This document shows positions 25,022 through 60,929 of a stretch of 64,000 nucleotides of DNA, piece by piece. Numbering within the stretch: position 1 is the stretch's first letter; each line of letters opens with the position of its first letter. The position numbers and the translations under genes were made by a program. The notes beneath the pieces are model-generated. The model was not told where the DNA came from, searched no databases, and saw only the letters and a list, made by a program, of their open reading frames with translations. Origin of the DNA: Felis catus (lineage: Eukaryota); assembly GCF_018350175.1 (NCBI RefSeq), contig NC_058368.1, forward strand, positions 10,292,001 to 10,356,000, written 5' to 3'.

Positions 25022-25949
25022 GGTCCTTCAGACGGACTCTTCCAGCAAGCAGAGCTGGGATTATGACAGGCTCAGAGCCTGAGCGGTCTTTCCTTCTCCT
25101 GCCCAAGTCTTACCACCAGGTTTCAGGGAGCTGAGGACTCTGGACTGAGGGACCCACCGTAAGTGTGAAGCCCAGTCAGGACCCCAGTCTCTAACCAGCG
25201 GTATTAGAATAGCGGCACTGTCTTCTCTTCTCTGTTTGGGACAACTCAGCGTAGCACCACTTGGCTGAGCCTGGGAGCACAATCTGTCTGTCTTCTCAGG
25301 ATGCTCTGGGAGAAGGTAGGGGACCATCCAAGAGGAACCGGGGTCTTTTCTCCACTCCAGGCGCTCACTCAGGGGAGGCCAGCTATAGCTCCTAGATACT
25401 TGGCCAGATGCCCGTGAGATTCAGGACAGGGACAGGAATATTCCTCCAAACCCTGGAAGCCACTCTGTCCTACCTGAATCCTGACTACTCCCAGGTCCCT
25501 CCCTGAGGCCAGCCTCTACCCTCCATCCCTCAAACCACCTCTTGCCCTTTCTGCTCAGATGAAACCTGGGCCTGCCCTCCCCTTCCCGTCAGTTCCAGGA
25601 TCCCAAAGAGAATATTCTATAGTTTAGATGCTAGTCTGAAATAATTTGTCTGGCTCAATGTATCACGCCTTCCCGTACCTCCCATCCCGAAACACACTTT
25701 CCAGTCTCCCCTTTCATTTCTGCCTCCTGTTGTGGTGACTCTCACGAAGAAAGATGTCATTTGCGGACATCCTTATGACCATCAGAGGTATTTCGAAAGG
25801 CTTACAAATTTTAATTACCGGCTTCATATTCCTACACAACAACAAAGCAGGCACGTTTCATCTGGGAGATTTCTCTCTGGTGTAACACAGACAGGAAAAT
25901 ATTGCAAGAAAGACATAGGCAATATTTTTTCTCATCCACCGCGGGGCAC

Positions 25950-26335
25950 GGTAGTGGGCTGAATGATGGCCACCCAGAGCTAGCAAGTTCTAATCCCCAG
26001 AGCCTGTGGATGTGACCTTATTGGGAAGTGGGTCTTTGCAGATGTGATTAAACTCGGTATCATGAGAGGAGGAGATGACCCCAGATTACTCGGGTGGGCC
26101 CTAAATGCCATCACAAGTGTCCTTGAAGAGAGGTACAAGAGATCAAGGGACACGTGGGAAAGACGATGTGAAAAAGGGAGAGAGATGTGGCCGCAAGCCA
26201 ATGGACCCCTGGAGCCACCAGAAGCTGGGAGAGGAAAGGAAGGATCTTCCCCCCCCCGCCCCCCCCCAGAGCCCTCGGAGGGAGGGGGCACCCACCCCCA
26301 GCCTGATTTCAGACTGCTGGCTTCCGGGCCAGTGA
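25950..26335 (+). mobile_element. MaLR LTR (MLT1 family)
   Basis: GTAGTGGGCTGAATGATGGCC..CTAATCCCCAGAGCCTGTG..GGGTCTTTGCAGATGTGATTAA..GAAGCTGGGAGAGGAAAGGA. Confidence 0.8.
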
Positions 26336-27218
26336 GAGGGGAGCAACAGATGGGGGACACTGAGTGCCACAGAGCCACCAGCAGAGAGGAGGCCCGAAAG
26401 ATCACTCGACTTAGCCCCAGAAAGTTCACTAGTGATTTCTGAGAGCAGAGCGGTGGTAGCAAATGTAAGGAAACGACGGACATTGCGTTTGCAGAACATT
26501 CTCCCACACGTAAACTTAGGAAAGTGAGCAGTAAACTGGAACCCTAAATTACCTCTAGTGACTGCATGCGTCCCACGAGAGCCTGCAGGCAGAGGTCCGG
26601 CGGTGAGCGTCCTGTGGATCAAAGGAAGTTGGGTTTCTCCTTGTTCGACCCATGTCAGCCTTAGTATACGTATCTTTTGTCCCACTGAGGACACAGGCCC
26701 TGGAAATCAGAAGCACCTGTTTCAGCCACGAGCATGAAAACCAGCACGAACCCCGAGCATCCTGGGTGCTCCCTTCTGGCCATCTGGTGTCTCCCGGTCG
26801 TTGCCCCATTGCCTCCACCTGTTTCCTACTTGGGACCTTCCTGAATCTCAACGGCAGCCGAGCATTGACTCTTTTCCCTTTCCCGTGCTATCCAGAGTTT
26901 TAGCCAAGAGTGGATTTCAAACCCCATTCCTCACAGAAACTGTAAAGTTGTATGACAAAGACCTCTTCGGGATAACAGGGTTGGAAGTGGAAATCCACAC
27001 GTGGCCAGTCCTGGCTTTGCTTTGTTTCATAGTGTCAGGGGGAGGGCACGTGTGGGGCGGGGGCTGCCACTGGCCCCCGGAAACGAGCCTACAAAGGGGT
27101 CTGTCGGGCCACTGAGAACAACCCCAAGCTGAAGCCCACACAGATCATGTTCCTGACAGGGCTCCTCATTTCTTACATAAGCTAATAAATCTTCACTTGC
27201 TTTTCAAAGGAGAGGTCA

Positions 27219-27433
27219 GGGGTGCCTGGGTGGCTCAGTCAGTTAAATGGCCGACTTTGGCTCAGGTCATGATCTCAAGGTCCGTGAGTTTGAGCCCCGC
27301 ATCCAGCTCTGTGCTGACAGCTCAGAGCCTGGAGCCTGCATCGGATTCTGTGTCTCCCTTGCTCTCTGCCCCTCCCCGGCTCATGCTCTGTCTCTCTCGC
27401 TCTCTCTCTCTAAGAATAAATAAACATTAAAAA
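27219..27433 (+). mobile_element. CanSINE, first of a tandem pair
   Basis: GGGGTGCCTGGGTGGCTCAGTC head; flanked by GAGAGGTCAG. Confidence 0.93.
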
Positions 27434-27443
27434 GAGAGGTCAG

Positions 27444-27678
27444 GGGGCACCTGGGTGGCTCAGTCGGTTAAGCGTCCGACTTCAGCCAGGTCACGATCTC
27501 GCGGTCCGGGAGTTCGAGCCCCACGTCGGGCTCTGGGCTGATGGCTCAGAGCCTGGAGCCTGTTTCTGATTCTGTGTCTCCCTCTCTCTCTGCCCCTCCC
27601 CCGTTCATGCTCTGTCTCTCTCTGTCCCAAAAATAAATAAACATTAAAAGAAAAATTAAAAAAAAAAAAAAAAAAAAA
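27444..27678 (+). mobile_element. Young feline CanSINE, second of the tandem pair
   Basis: Near-consensus SINEC_Fc with long A tail; flanked by GAGAGGTCAG. Confidence 0.95.
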
Positions 27679-27734
27679 GAGAGGTCAGGATGTCATAGCC
27701 AGTTTGGGCAACCAAGGAGAGGAGTCTGAGGCTC

Positions 27735-29455
27735 TTCTCCTCATGTCCCTCAGCTCTCCTCACGCCCCCCTCAGGTCCCCTCGTGCCCCCCTCAGGTCCC
27801 CCCACACCCCCCTCAGCTCTCCTCACATCGCCCTCAGCTCTCCTCACGTCCCCCTCCGCTCTCCTCACGCCCCCCTCAGGTCCCCTCACGCCCCCTTCAG
27901 CTCTCTTTCCTCCCCATCAGCTTTCGTCACGCCCCCCTCAGCTCTCCTCACGCCCCCCTCTGCTCTCCTCACGCCCCCCTCAGGTCCCCCCACATCCCCC
28001 TCAGCTCTCCTCACGTCCCTCAGCTCTCCTCACGCCCCCCTCAGGTCCCCCCACACCCCCCTCAGCTCTCCTCACGCCCCCCTCAGCTCTCCTCATGTCC
28101 CCCTCAGCTCTCCTCACATCCCTCAGCTCTCCTCAGGCCCCCCTCAGCTCTCCTCAGGTCCCTCAGCTCTCCTCACGCACCCCTCAGCTCTCCTCACATC
28201 GCCCTCAGCTCTCCTCACGTCCCCCTCAGCTCTCCTCATGCCCCCCTCAGGTCCCCTCACGCCCCCTTCAGCTCTCTTTCGTCCCCATCAGCTTTCGTCA
28301 CGCCCCCTCAGCTCTCCTCACGTCCCCCTCAGCTCTCCTCACGCACCCCTCAGCTCTCCTCACGCCCCCCCTCTGCTCTCCTCACATCGCCCTCAGCTCT
28401 CCTCATGTCCCCCTCAGCTCTCCTCACACCCCCCTCAGGTCCCCCCACACCCCCTTCGGGTCTCCTCAGGTCCCTCAGCTCTCCTTTCGTCCCCCTCAGC
28501 TCTCCTCACGCCCCCCTCAGCTCTCCTCACCTTCCCCTCAGCTCTCCTCACACACCCCTCAGGTCCCCCCACACCCCTCTCAGCTCTCCTCACGCCCCCC
28601 TCAGCTCTCCTCACGCCCCCCTCAGCTCTCCTCACGCCCCCCTCAGGTCCCCCCACACCCCCCTCAGCTCTCCTCACGTCCCCCTCAGCTCTCCTCACGC
28701 CCCCCTCAGCTCTCCTCATGTCCCCCTCAGCTCTCCTCACACCCCCCTCAGGTCCCCCCACACCCCCCTCAGCTCTCCTCACGTCCCCCTCAGCTCTCCT
28801 TTCGTCCCCCTCAGCTCTCCTCACGCCCCCCTCAGCTCTCCTCACCTCCCCCTCAGCTCTCCTCACACACCCCTCAGGTCCCCCCACACCCCTCTCAGCT
28901 CTCCTCACGCCCCCCTCAGCTCTCCTCACGCCCCCCTCAGCTCTCCTCACGCCCCCCTCAGGTCCCCCCACACCCCCCTCAGCTCTCCTCACGTCCCCCT
29001 CAGCTCTCCTCACGCCCCCCTCAGCTCTCCTCATGTCCCCCTCAGCTCTCCTCACACCCCCCTCAGGTCCCCCCACACCCCCCTCAGCTCTCCTCACGCC
29101 CCCCTCAGCTCCCCCCAAACCCCCCTCAGGTCCCCCCACATCCCCCTCAGCTCTCCTCATGTCCCTCAGCTCTCCTCACGCCCCCCTCAGGTCCCCCCAC
29201 ACCCCCCTCAGCTCTCACGCCCCCCTCGGCTCTCCTCAGGCCCCCCTCAGCTCTCCTCACGCCCCCCTCAGCTCTCCTCACGTCCCCCTCAGCTCTCCTC
29301 ACACCCCCCTCAGGTCCCCCCACACCCCCCTCAGCTCTCCTCACGCCCCCCTCAGCTCCCCCCAAACCCTCCTCAGGTCCCCCCACATCCCCCTCAGGTC
29401 CCCCCACATCCCCCTCAGCTCTCCTCATGTCCCTCAGCTCTCCTCACGTCCCCCT
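27735..29455. repeat. Minisatellite/VNTR, 21-bp unit, ~80 copies
   Basis: Units CCCTCAGCTCTCCTCACGCCC and CCCTCAGGTCCCCCCACACCC, with occasional shorter variants; C-rich + strand. Confidence 0.97.
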
Positions 29456-30300
29456 CGAGCCCGGCCTCGTCCTGTGGGCTCCATTTTGAGGCATGGCACC
29501 CTTTTTCACTCTGACACCGAAGTCAGAGACCTGGGAGGCGGCCTGTCCCCGTCCCTGCCGTTCGTCGGGAGCGCACGGCACACGAGGGCCCAGAGGCGCT
29601 GAAGTGGCCCCGTGAGCGCGCAGAGATCTCAGGACAGGTGCTCCTTCCGGGGCAAAGTGCAAGGGCCAAGTCCGCAGAAGGGGATCCGTGAATCGCTCAG
29701 GTCGTTTGTGACGATTCCCAGCACGGCCTGCTTCCCTGTCGGCACCCCGGGCCGGCCTCTCTGTGTGGCAACCGGGGGACCGTCGCTGCCAGGTGGACCC
29801 CACAGGCCCCGGCCCGCCAGGCGCTGAAGAAGCCCCCTGGCCGCGGTCCTCCCTGCCGCGTCAGGGTGACGCATCCGCTCGGAGGTGCGGGGAGAGCCCA
29901 GGGAGGAGGTAGGAGCCGGCAGCCCCCGCGGGGCCGGGGGTGCCACACATCCTTCCATTCCTTCCGGAGCAGCAGCCCCTGTTTTAGGCAAAACATTTAT
30001 GTATAGCGTTGCTATAGAATGTCCAGAACCCTCAAACAACACTTAACATCGTTTAGAAAGGGTCGGGCTGCTTATGACAACCAGATGAAGTGATGAGGCG
30101 CGTCATCCTCCATCGGACGCTGGATCCAAACAACAGCCGCAAAGGACGTTTGGGGGACCGAGGTACCTGGTCGGGCTGTTGTGCGGAGGAGGGGTTCCTT
30201 GGGCGCGACAGTGGACTTGAGGGGTGGGAGGACGAGGTCCCCGTTCGGAGAAGGTATGGGCGGGAGAGGTGACTGTCGCTGTGACTGGTCAAGGGTTCAC
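29456..30300. other. Orphan CpG-rich segment
   Basis: High GC and many CpGs directly after the VNTR; no recognisable exon. Confidence 0.55.
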
Positions 30301-33300
30301 GGCACTGTTCTGCCAATTTTTCTAAATAAAAAGGGAGGGGCGTTAAAAAAAAAAGCTACTCTGGCATTTGTCGTCATTTAGTGGGAAAGGGATAGTATTA
30401 AGGCAACTCTCTCGGAGGTTTTCAGTGCCAGTAAACAGGACGATTCACTAATTTTGACAATCACCCCTTCTTTGGCCCTGGGCAAATAGTGTCCTTGGCC
30501 TATGGATTATAAAGTCATGGTCCCTCAGAGCCTTTTTTTTTGGCGCCATCTGGCTTCTAGAACATTCCCAAACCTGGAAGTGGTTAGCAAAGAGGTAGCC
30601 CTGGGCACCCAGTGATGATAAATAGACTGAATTTCCACTCACCCCACAGTGGCTGGTTGGTTCACCGAGCAGGAAGACAGGCATGCGTTGACTGCCCATG
30701 TCTATTTCAAAAGCCACGCTTTTCAGAGAAAACATGAAAGGGAAGAAATTAAAAAATATCGTGTGTGTGTGTGTGTGTGCACGCGTGTGTGCAGTGATAG
30801 CAGGTAGGAGTAAACAGTATATGCTGATGTTGGAAAAGAAACCTAGCAAAGAGGAAGCCCCTCCCTACTCTTGGTGCGGCCAGCCTTCACCGCATACCTG
30901 CTCTGTGCCAAGATCCCCAAACACGTCGTGTAGACCAACTCCTTTCGTCCTCAAGGACGACCACTTTGTAGAGGGAGAAACGGAGCTTACGGAGGAAATT
31001 GGCTGGGGGAGGTCAATGTCAAAGCCATGCTGATTGTAAAATGTGGAGCCGGAATGGAACCCCCAGTATGTTTGACTTAAAAGCTATGGAAGCACTTAAT
31101 TTGTCACCCAGTGCTATCCCCAACTGAGCTGGAGCCAGTATGGGGGATGTAGGGGGTTGTTTCCTGATTCTCTCCACTTTATTTGTTTTGTTTTTAATAA
31201 TAAAAGACGAAAGCATTAAAAAGGGAGCACATTTGTTGGAAATCTCTGGGCTGCAGTATGTGTGCAGAGGATGTTGGGGTGAGGGGTGGTGGTGATGCAG
31301 GGGAGGAGCCCCTACGAGGACCAGAGTAAATAACTGCTACCATTCATTCAGTGGGCTGCACGGGGGCTCATTCTCCATATGCCTCAAGCCTTAAGTGAGG
31401 AAAACAGAAACCATTAAAACGATACACACAGACCTACGGAAAGGTGCCGGTAACCGTATCACATCAATCCCCAAGTCCCCCTAGGGGGAAGCGACAGGAG
31501 AGGCGGAGTGAGGAAGTTGGGTAGCTTAAGGGAGAATTGAACATCCATAGCCAAGGAGAAAAGGCTAAGTATAGAAAAATGTAAATGGATGGGCATATAT
31601 CAGTTTATAGAATATAGCGTCACTGCTCGGAAAACGGAACTTCAGATACCTTGGCTGAAATATCAGCTATCACATACATCCTGTGTATAGTCAATAGCTC
31701 AATGGTTCTTGAGTTTGCAGGTTACACTCGCCTGGGAAGCCTTGCAAATCCTGATGCCCAGGCCCCATCCCAATCAGAATCTCTGTGGGTGTTTTCGTTT
31801 TTTGGTTTTTGTTTTTTTGTTTTTTTGTTTTTTTTTTAAACTTCTGGCATCTTTTAACTTGTAGCCTGCGTTGCAAATCACTGTTTCTGGGTCAGCGTTT
31901 AATGGAGAGGCAAGCTCGTTTTTCGGTTTTTGTTAAATTGTCTTGTTGTTTTAATGAACACTTGTAATTGTCTAACAGAACCAGTCCTCATCTTGATTCT
32001 TTTTATACACTGATACCTTGCTTAATCTTTCTCTCTCTTCTCTTCCTTTCTCTCTCTGCCTCTTTGTTTCTGTCTCGGTCGCAACCGGGGTTGCAAATAC
32101 TGGATTAAGAGACTGTATTTGGTGGTGAAAAGCTTTGGTGTGTCAAAGAAGCATGGGCTTAGAAAGCTCTCTACAGCCTGGTGAGAAAATAACACATCTT
32201 AATACGGTTGCATTCAATGGATGATTGCAGAGAACAGATTCGGAGGCCTCTCACGGAGCGTTTGCAATGATGATAAAAGTGTATTTTCACCGCGCTGACC
32301 AACTTTTACCCCTGGGTGAGTACATGCTAACTTTTATCCCTCTGCTGCCATAGGGAGAACACTGCCTTTGGAGTCAGTCAGATCTAAGTTCTGATGAACC
32401 TCTCAACTTGGTCGGACTGTCCTTCACCCCATTTCCCCACTGGTAAAATGGGAAACATACCCTCAGAGGAGTGTGAAGCCCGAGTAGGAGCACCTAGCAG
32501 AGGGCTGAGGCACTCGGAGGCAGGTAAGTGCCAATATCCCCCCTTCTCTTTGTGTGCGATTTGGAAGCTCGTCGCTTTCCCTAGAGAGGCTCTCAAGGGG
32601 CAGGGGTCCTCTCTGGTTGTCACAACAGGAGCACCTAGTGGCACCTAGTGGGTAGAGATGAGGGATGCTGTTGAACACTGTATGAGGCGCCAGGCGGTCC
32701 CCATAACACAGTGCCACCTGCCTTAAGTAGATTAAGAATCGTTAAGGGACCCATGCTGTACTACAGTTCTGAGAAAATGAAACCGCCAGAGACTGCAAGA
32801 GCTAATTATTCTGAAGCTTTCAAATATGTCACACATGCTCATATTATTTACAAAACACATGCAAATACAGACTCAAAAATAACCAATTTCGACTGGTTGT
32901 CTTTTAGGAAGTACCCAATGCTAGCGAAGCTAGGCCATGGAGAGAAAACCATAGCACATTTGCCACCGCTAGCTGGAATGGCACGGGGGAAACTTTCTCC
33001 TCACCCTGCCCACTGGAGGGGCGTAACCACGCCCACAGTACATAGTACTTTGGGAAAGTGAATCTCTCTCTCCAAATATCATTAGAAGACTCCATCTCCC
33101 CAGAAAAGCATGACAGGGTTGTTTTGTGTGGATTACACAGAGAGAGTGACGTATTCCTGCACAGCAAATACCATAGTCTGGATAGAAGTCTGGATGGAAG
33201 TGGTAATGTGAATATATATATATACATATACACATATATATATATATACAAATGCCGCTGATAAAAGCGAGTCATTGGCAACAACCAAAGTTTATTTTTT

Positions 33301-33489
33301 GGACTTTCTGAAAGTAACTCTTGAAAGGCTTTTGAAACGAGGCATATTACATTTTTTTGATGGGGAATCAAGGACAATAAAAAGTAAACATTGGGGATTT
33401 GACCCAAGAAAGCTAATCATTGCTCAGACTTCACCAATGTTCATGATGAACTAGATTCCAGGGGTCTACAAGGGTAGACATTTTTTCCA

Positions 33490-34640
33490 AGTTTTTATTT
33501 AAATCCCAGTTGGTTAACACATAGTGTGATATTAGTTTTAGGTGTACAATATAGCGATTCATCACTTATATACAATACCCAGTATATCATTACTAGTGCC
33601 CTCCTTAACCCATTACCCATTTAACCCATCCCAGACCCACCTCCCTGCCAGTAACTCTCTAGTCTATTCTCTATAGGTAAAGAGTCTGTTTCCTAGTTTG
33701 CTTCTCTTTTTCACATGTTCGTCTGTTTTGTTTCTTAAATCCCACGTGAGTGTAATCATGTTTGTCTTTTATTTTGCTTAGCATAATACTCTATAGCTCC
33801 ATACACATCATTGCAAATGGCAAGATTTCATTCTTTTTGATGGCTTATATTTCACTGTATGTATGTATGGGGGGTGTAATGTGAAATTTATTACATATAT
33901 ACATATACATGTGAGATATGGATCTCCCATCTTTATCCATCACTTGCTGGACATTTGGGCTCTCCATAATTTGGATACTGTTGATAATGTGCTGCTATAA
34001 ACAGTGAGGTTCATGTATCTCTTTGAATCAGTATTTTTATGTCCTTTGGATAAATATTTATAGTGCAATTGCTGGATCATGGGGTAGTTCTATTTTTAAG
34101 TTTTTGAGGATCCTCTATACGGTTTTCCAGAGTGGCTGCACCAGTTTGCATTCCCACCAGCAATGCAAAAGGGTTCCTCTTTCTCCACATCCTCACCGAC
34201 ATCTGTTACCTGTGTTAATTTTAGATACTCTGATGGGTGTGAGGTGGTATCTCATTGTGGTTTTGATTTAGGTTTCCCTGATGATGAGTGATGTTGAACA
34301 TCTTTTCATGTGTCTGTTGGCCATCTGTAGGTCTTCTTTGGGAAAATGCCTATTCATGTCTCCTGACCATTTTTTAACTGATTACTTTTTGGGGGGGCGG
34401 GGGTGTTGAGTTTGGTAAGTCCTTTAGGTGTTTTGGACACTGACCCTTTATCAGATACGTCATTAGCAAATATATTCTCCCATTCTGTAGCTTGCCTTTT
34501 GTTTCCTTTGTTTGGAGCTTTTTATCTTGATAAAGTCCCAATAGTTTATTTTTGCCTTTGTTTCTCTTGCCTCAGGAGACATATATAGTAAGAAGTTGCC
34601 ACAGCCAATGTCAGGTTACTGCCCATGTTCTCCGGTGAGT
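33490..34640 (-). mobile_element. LINE-1 3' fragment (carnivore-type 3'UTR)
   Basis: [39 protein letters not shown] antisense L1 sequence. Confidence 0.88.
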
Positions 34641-35186
34641 AGATATTTTTAGGAATAATTGTCAGAAAGTGACCATTTAAGTTAAAATTAAATATAAAAT
34701 TCCATGTTTTGTTAAATAGAGCATTTATCCAAACTACTCCATGCCTTGAGGATTCTAAGGGATTGCTAGATAAATCACAATTGTGTGATATTATGATATA
34801 TATTAGAATATTAACATGTATCATGAAGTAGTCAACGTTGACAATGTTGTTTTCCAACATCCAAAAATGCAATCTTCAGGTCTGCAAACTATAGCTAGTT
34901 GAGCCATTTAAAAAAACCCAAAAAACAAAAAACGACTTCATCTTTACAGACAAGTGATACTACAGAAAACTTCCCATCTTTAATACTGATTTAGGACAGG
35001 CTGATAGTTCCTCTGTCCTCAGGTACTATTTGGGGATGGAAGAAAAAAGTTTTCCCATTCTTGTTATTTTAAAATCTTTCATCTTTTACGAGCTTCCCAA
35101 TTGTACACAGAACACTAACCTACCTTCACCTGTCAATGGGGAACTGTACAATGAGCATGTATTAGTGTGCATTAAGAGAACAGAAG

Positions 35187-35405
35187 GGGGGCGCCTGGGT
35201 GGCTCAGTCGGTTGAGCATCCGACTTCAGCTCAGGTCACGATCTCACGGTTCGTGAGTTCGAGCCCCGCATCAGGCTCTGGGCTGATGGCTCGGAGCCTG
35301 GAGCCTGCTTCCGATTCTGTGTCTCCCTCTCTCTCTGCCCCTCCCCCATTCATGCTCTGTCTCTGTCTCAAAAATAAATAAACATTAAAAAAAAATTAAA
35401 AAAAA
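35187..35405 (+). mobile_element. Feline CanSINE
   Basis: TSD AGAACAGAAG at 35177-35186 and 35406-35415. Confidence 0.95.
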
Positions 35406-36437
35406 AGAACAGAAGAAAAACCACGAGGTCAACTCTACATGGAAAAACAAAGTTAAAAGAAATTGCAAAGTGGGAAAATGTTTGAATGTTGGCAAATGGT
35501 TAAGATCCTCAATAGTAACATGGAAAATCAATAAACACTACAAATAAGAACGAATAAAACCTTTACGAAACACACGTAGGCAAACAAATTCATAATGTCG
35601 GAAGTACAAGCCACACGTAACAAAAGACAAGTTACTTAGTGCAGAATGACTGTTGAGTGTGGGATTTAAGATTGGAGTAGCTGGAGTGCCGGGGCTGTTT
35701 TAAGGACTAAACTCTGAAAAGCCTGACACACAGTAGCTAAATAGATTATTGTAATAGACTGGCAGCACATAAAAGATGAATTCCGCCCCTTGGTGAGGGA
35801 AAATTGGTCCTCATTAAAAGAGCATAAAACTGCTGCCCTTAGTGGGTATAGCGTGGTTGTCATCTATCCTAAATGAGCATGTCTTCCCCACCCCACCCCC
35901 GACACTTCTTGTCCTTAGAAAATATGCAGATAGAGACAGGATTCACCGCGGGATTAATTATAGATTAAAAGACCCAGACAAACCGCTCTCCACCGGCACT
36001 GGGACCGGTTAAAGTAGTTTTATGTATGTCTTCACATTGGAACTCTGTAGAGCAGTAAAGTTACAACACCTAACTGTATTTCTCTCCTTGGTCACAGTTT
36101 TAGAAAACATCCTACACAACAGTGGAACACGCATACCCGTCCCCACACACACCCGTCATCAGGAGGAAAAGGCTCGAAAGATACGCAACAGGTTAATGTT
36201 TTCTTTTGGGTGTTGGGAGTTACATTCAACTTTATATTAAAGACCATGTTTAATATAATAAACATATGCTACTTTTCTATCGGGAGAAAGCATATGTAAG
36301 GGGTATCAGAAAAGGGAAAATTGGGATTTTTCATACGAAAGAACTTCATTTCTGCTACAGTTTACATGCTTTCCCTCTCCCTCAGTCCCATTTAAGTTAG
36401 TGACAAAACCGTTTAGAAATGACACCATGAGATGAAC

Positions 36438-36816
36438 TTTATTTTAAAGCTCATAAAAGCTTCACAATATCAGTGACAAACAGAATCCACATTTCTTCCA
36501 ATTTACGCCTTCACATGACAATGTGCTGTATAACAAGAGATAGAGTTGAAAGTTTTTGTTCTGCATGCTGCTAACACATTTCACTAGCTTTTGCTTTACT
36601 CATTGGATTTTTTTAATATCAAAGCAAAAAGTCATATTCTATTGGACAGAATTAATATTAGAAAGCCCTTATGAAATCAGACTTAGTCTTGTTTATAAAC
36701 ATCCACACCCACACACGTGCTGAAATGGAGAGCAAAATGCAAGAAAACTACCTTGGCAGGAACAAATGCTTCAAGATTTTAATCACAGCCCTCTTGAACA
36801 AGCAGTACAGTTTATT
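36438..36816 (-). terminator. HSPH1: Candidate HSPH1 polyadenylation signals
   Basis: Minus-strand AATAAA at 36811-36816 and 36438-36443, ATTAAA at 36778-36783, in an AT-rich 3'UTR; which are used is unknown. Confidence 0.6.
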
Positions 36817-37106
36817 TTCTCCAAAAGACAAAAGTCAAATTCATCCTCAGTGATGCAAATGGGAATACTGCACAGAAGCTTAGTATGAATTCACAATTCC
36901 ACAGGAATCTGAGAGTTACCAAGGCAATTTTCCCTTTTAGGATCATAAAGACTACAGACTGAAGCTTTTTTCTCTTTCCATATAATACACAAAATTTCTA
37001 AACATCCTTAAAAAAGAAAATATAAATAGTCTCAGTATGTTATGTAGAGTCACATACTGTGGCAGAAACATCTACTGACTGAAGGACGAAGCCGACGTAG
37101 TGTGCT

Positions 37107-60228
<23,122 letters not shown>

Positions 60229-60442
60229 TCACTCGGACGGAAACGCGAACGGCCCGCCTGCCGGCGCCTCCGGCTTCCCGGGGACAGTGGCAGCACTCGG
60301 AGGGCTAAGCACGGGAGAAAGCGGCGCTCGGTCTCCGCGGGGCGCTCCTCAAGCTCGGGAGGACTGTCTCGATCTGCACCCGCTGCTCACCGGCGCGGCG
60401 CTCAACTACCGACCCAAAAGGGGAGGTCCCAATTCCTCAGCC

Positions 60443-60449
60443 TTATGTA
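60443..60449 (-). promoter_or_regulatory. TATA-like element (TACATAA); implies TSS near 60415
   Basis: AT-rich TATA variant between the proximal HSE and an ATG-free ~320-nt GC-rich leader. Confidence 0.55.
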
Positions 60450-60460
60450 TCGCACTGATC

Positions 60461-60475
60461 AGAACTTTCCAGAAT
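60461..60475. promoter_or_regulatory. Proximal heat shock element (HSF1 site)
   Basis: aGAAc-tTTCc-aGAAt: three perfect alternating nGAAn units just upstream of a TATA-like element. Confidence 0.88.
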
Positions 60476-60535
60476 CTGCGGCATTTACTCACCGGCGCCT
60501 CCACCGGCCCCTCCACGTGCCACTTCCGCTTCCTT

Positions 60536-60555
60536 CTTCTCGAGCCTTCTCGAAA
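60536..60555. promoter_or_regulatory. Distal heat shock element
   Basis: cTTCt-cGAGc-cTTCt-cGAAa: four alternating units, one mismatch. Confidence 0.8.
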
Positions 60556-60913
60556 GATTCTACCCAATGGGTGGCTGGTCCCTCTGGGGTCGGCCGCGGT
60601 TGCCATAGTGGCAGAAGAGCCGCTCCGGCGCTATTGGCTCACGCCGGCCAGACTGACCCACCTACGTCCCCGCCCGCCCTAGCCACAGCTCTTTGCTCTC
60701 CGAATAAAACGGACAATGAAGACTGACCCCCAAAATCGTAATCTTCACGGTTTACTAGTGGGTGATGGTGTGCGACCCCGAGGGGCTGAGAGCGGGGAAA
60801 CAAACCCCACTTCTGCGGAGACCCTAGACCCCTACACCCTGAGGAGGCCGACCAGCTGTCAACAGAGCATGTCGGGAACCGTAGTCCGGCCGGGAGCCGG
60901 CGTGCGCCTTGTA

Positions 60914-60929
60914 TGCTGGGATATGTAGT
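60914..60929 (-). promoter_or_regulatory. ZNF143/THAP11-type ACTACAnnTCCCAG motif
   Basis: Minus strand reads ACTACATATCCCAGCA. Confidence 0.7.

Noticed and set aside
27704..29602. 632-aa, 568-aa and 369-aa ORFs as a novel mucin- or CTD-like protein gene
   Set aside because: They arise from a stop-poor 21-bp repeat. All three frames are open, shorter units switch the peptide register, and there is no splice or promoter support.
30541..30560. CTCF site (AAGCCAGATGGCGCCA on the minus strand)
   Set aside because: Lacks the two conserved 5' C residues of the core; too weak to call by eye.
32908..33061. Possible terminal exon of the WDR95-like gene after ttttag
   Set aside because: Phase-compatible and ends in a stop, but no recognisable homology; not supportable without a search.
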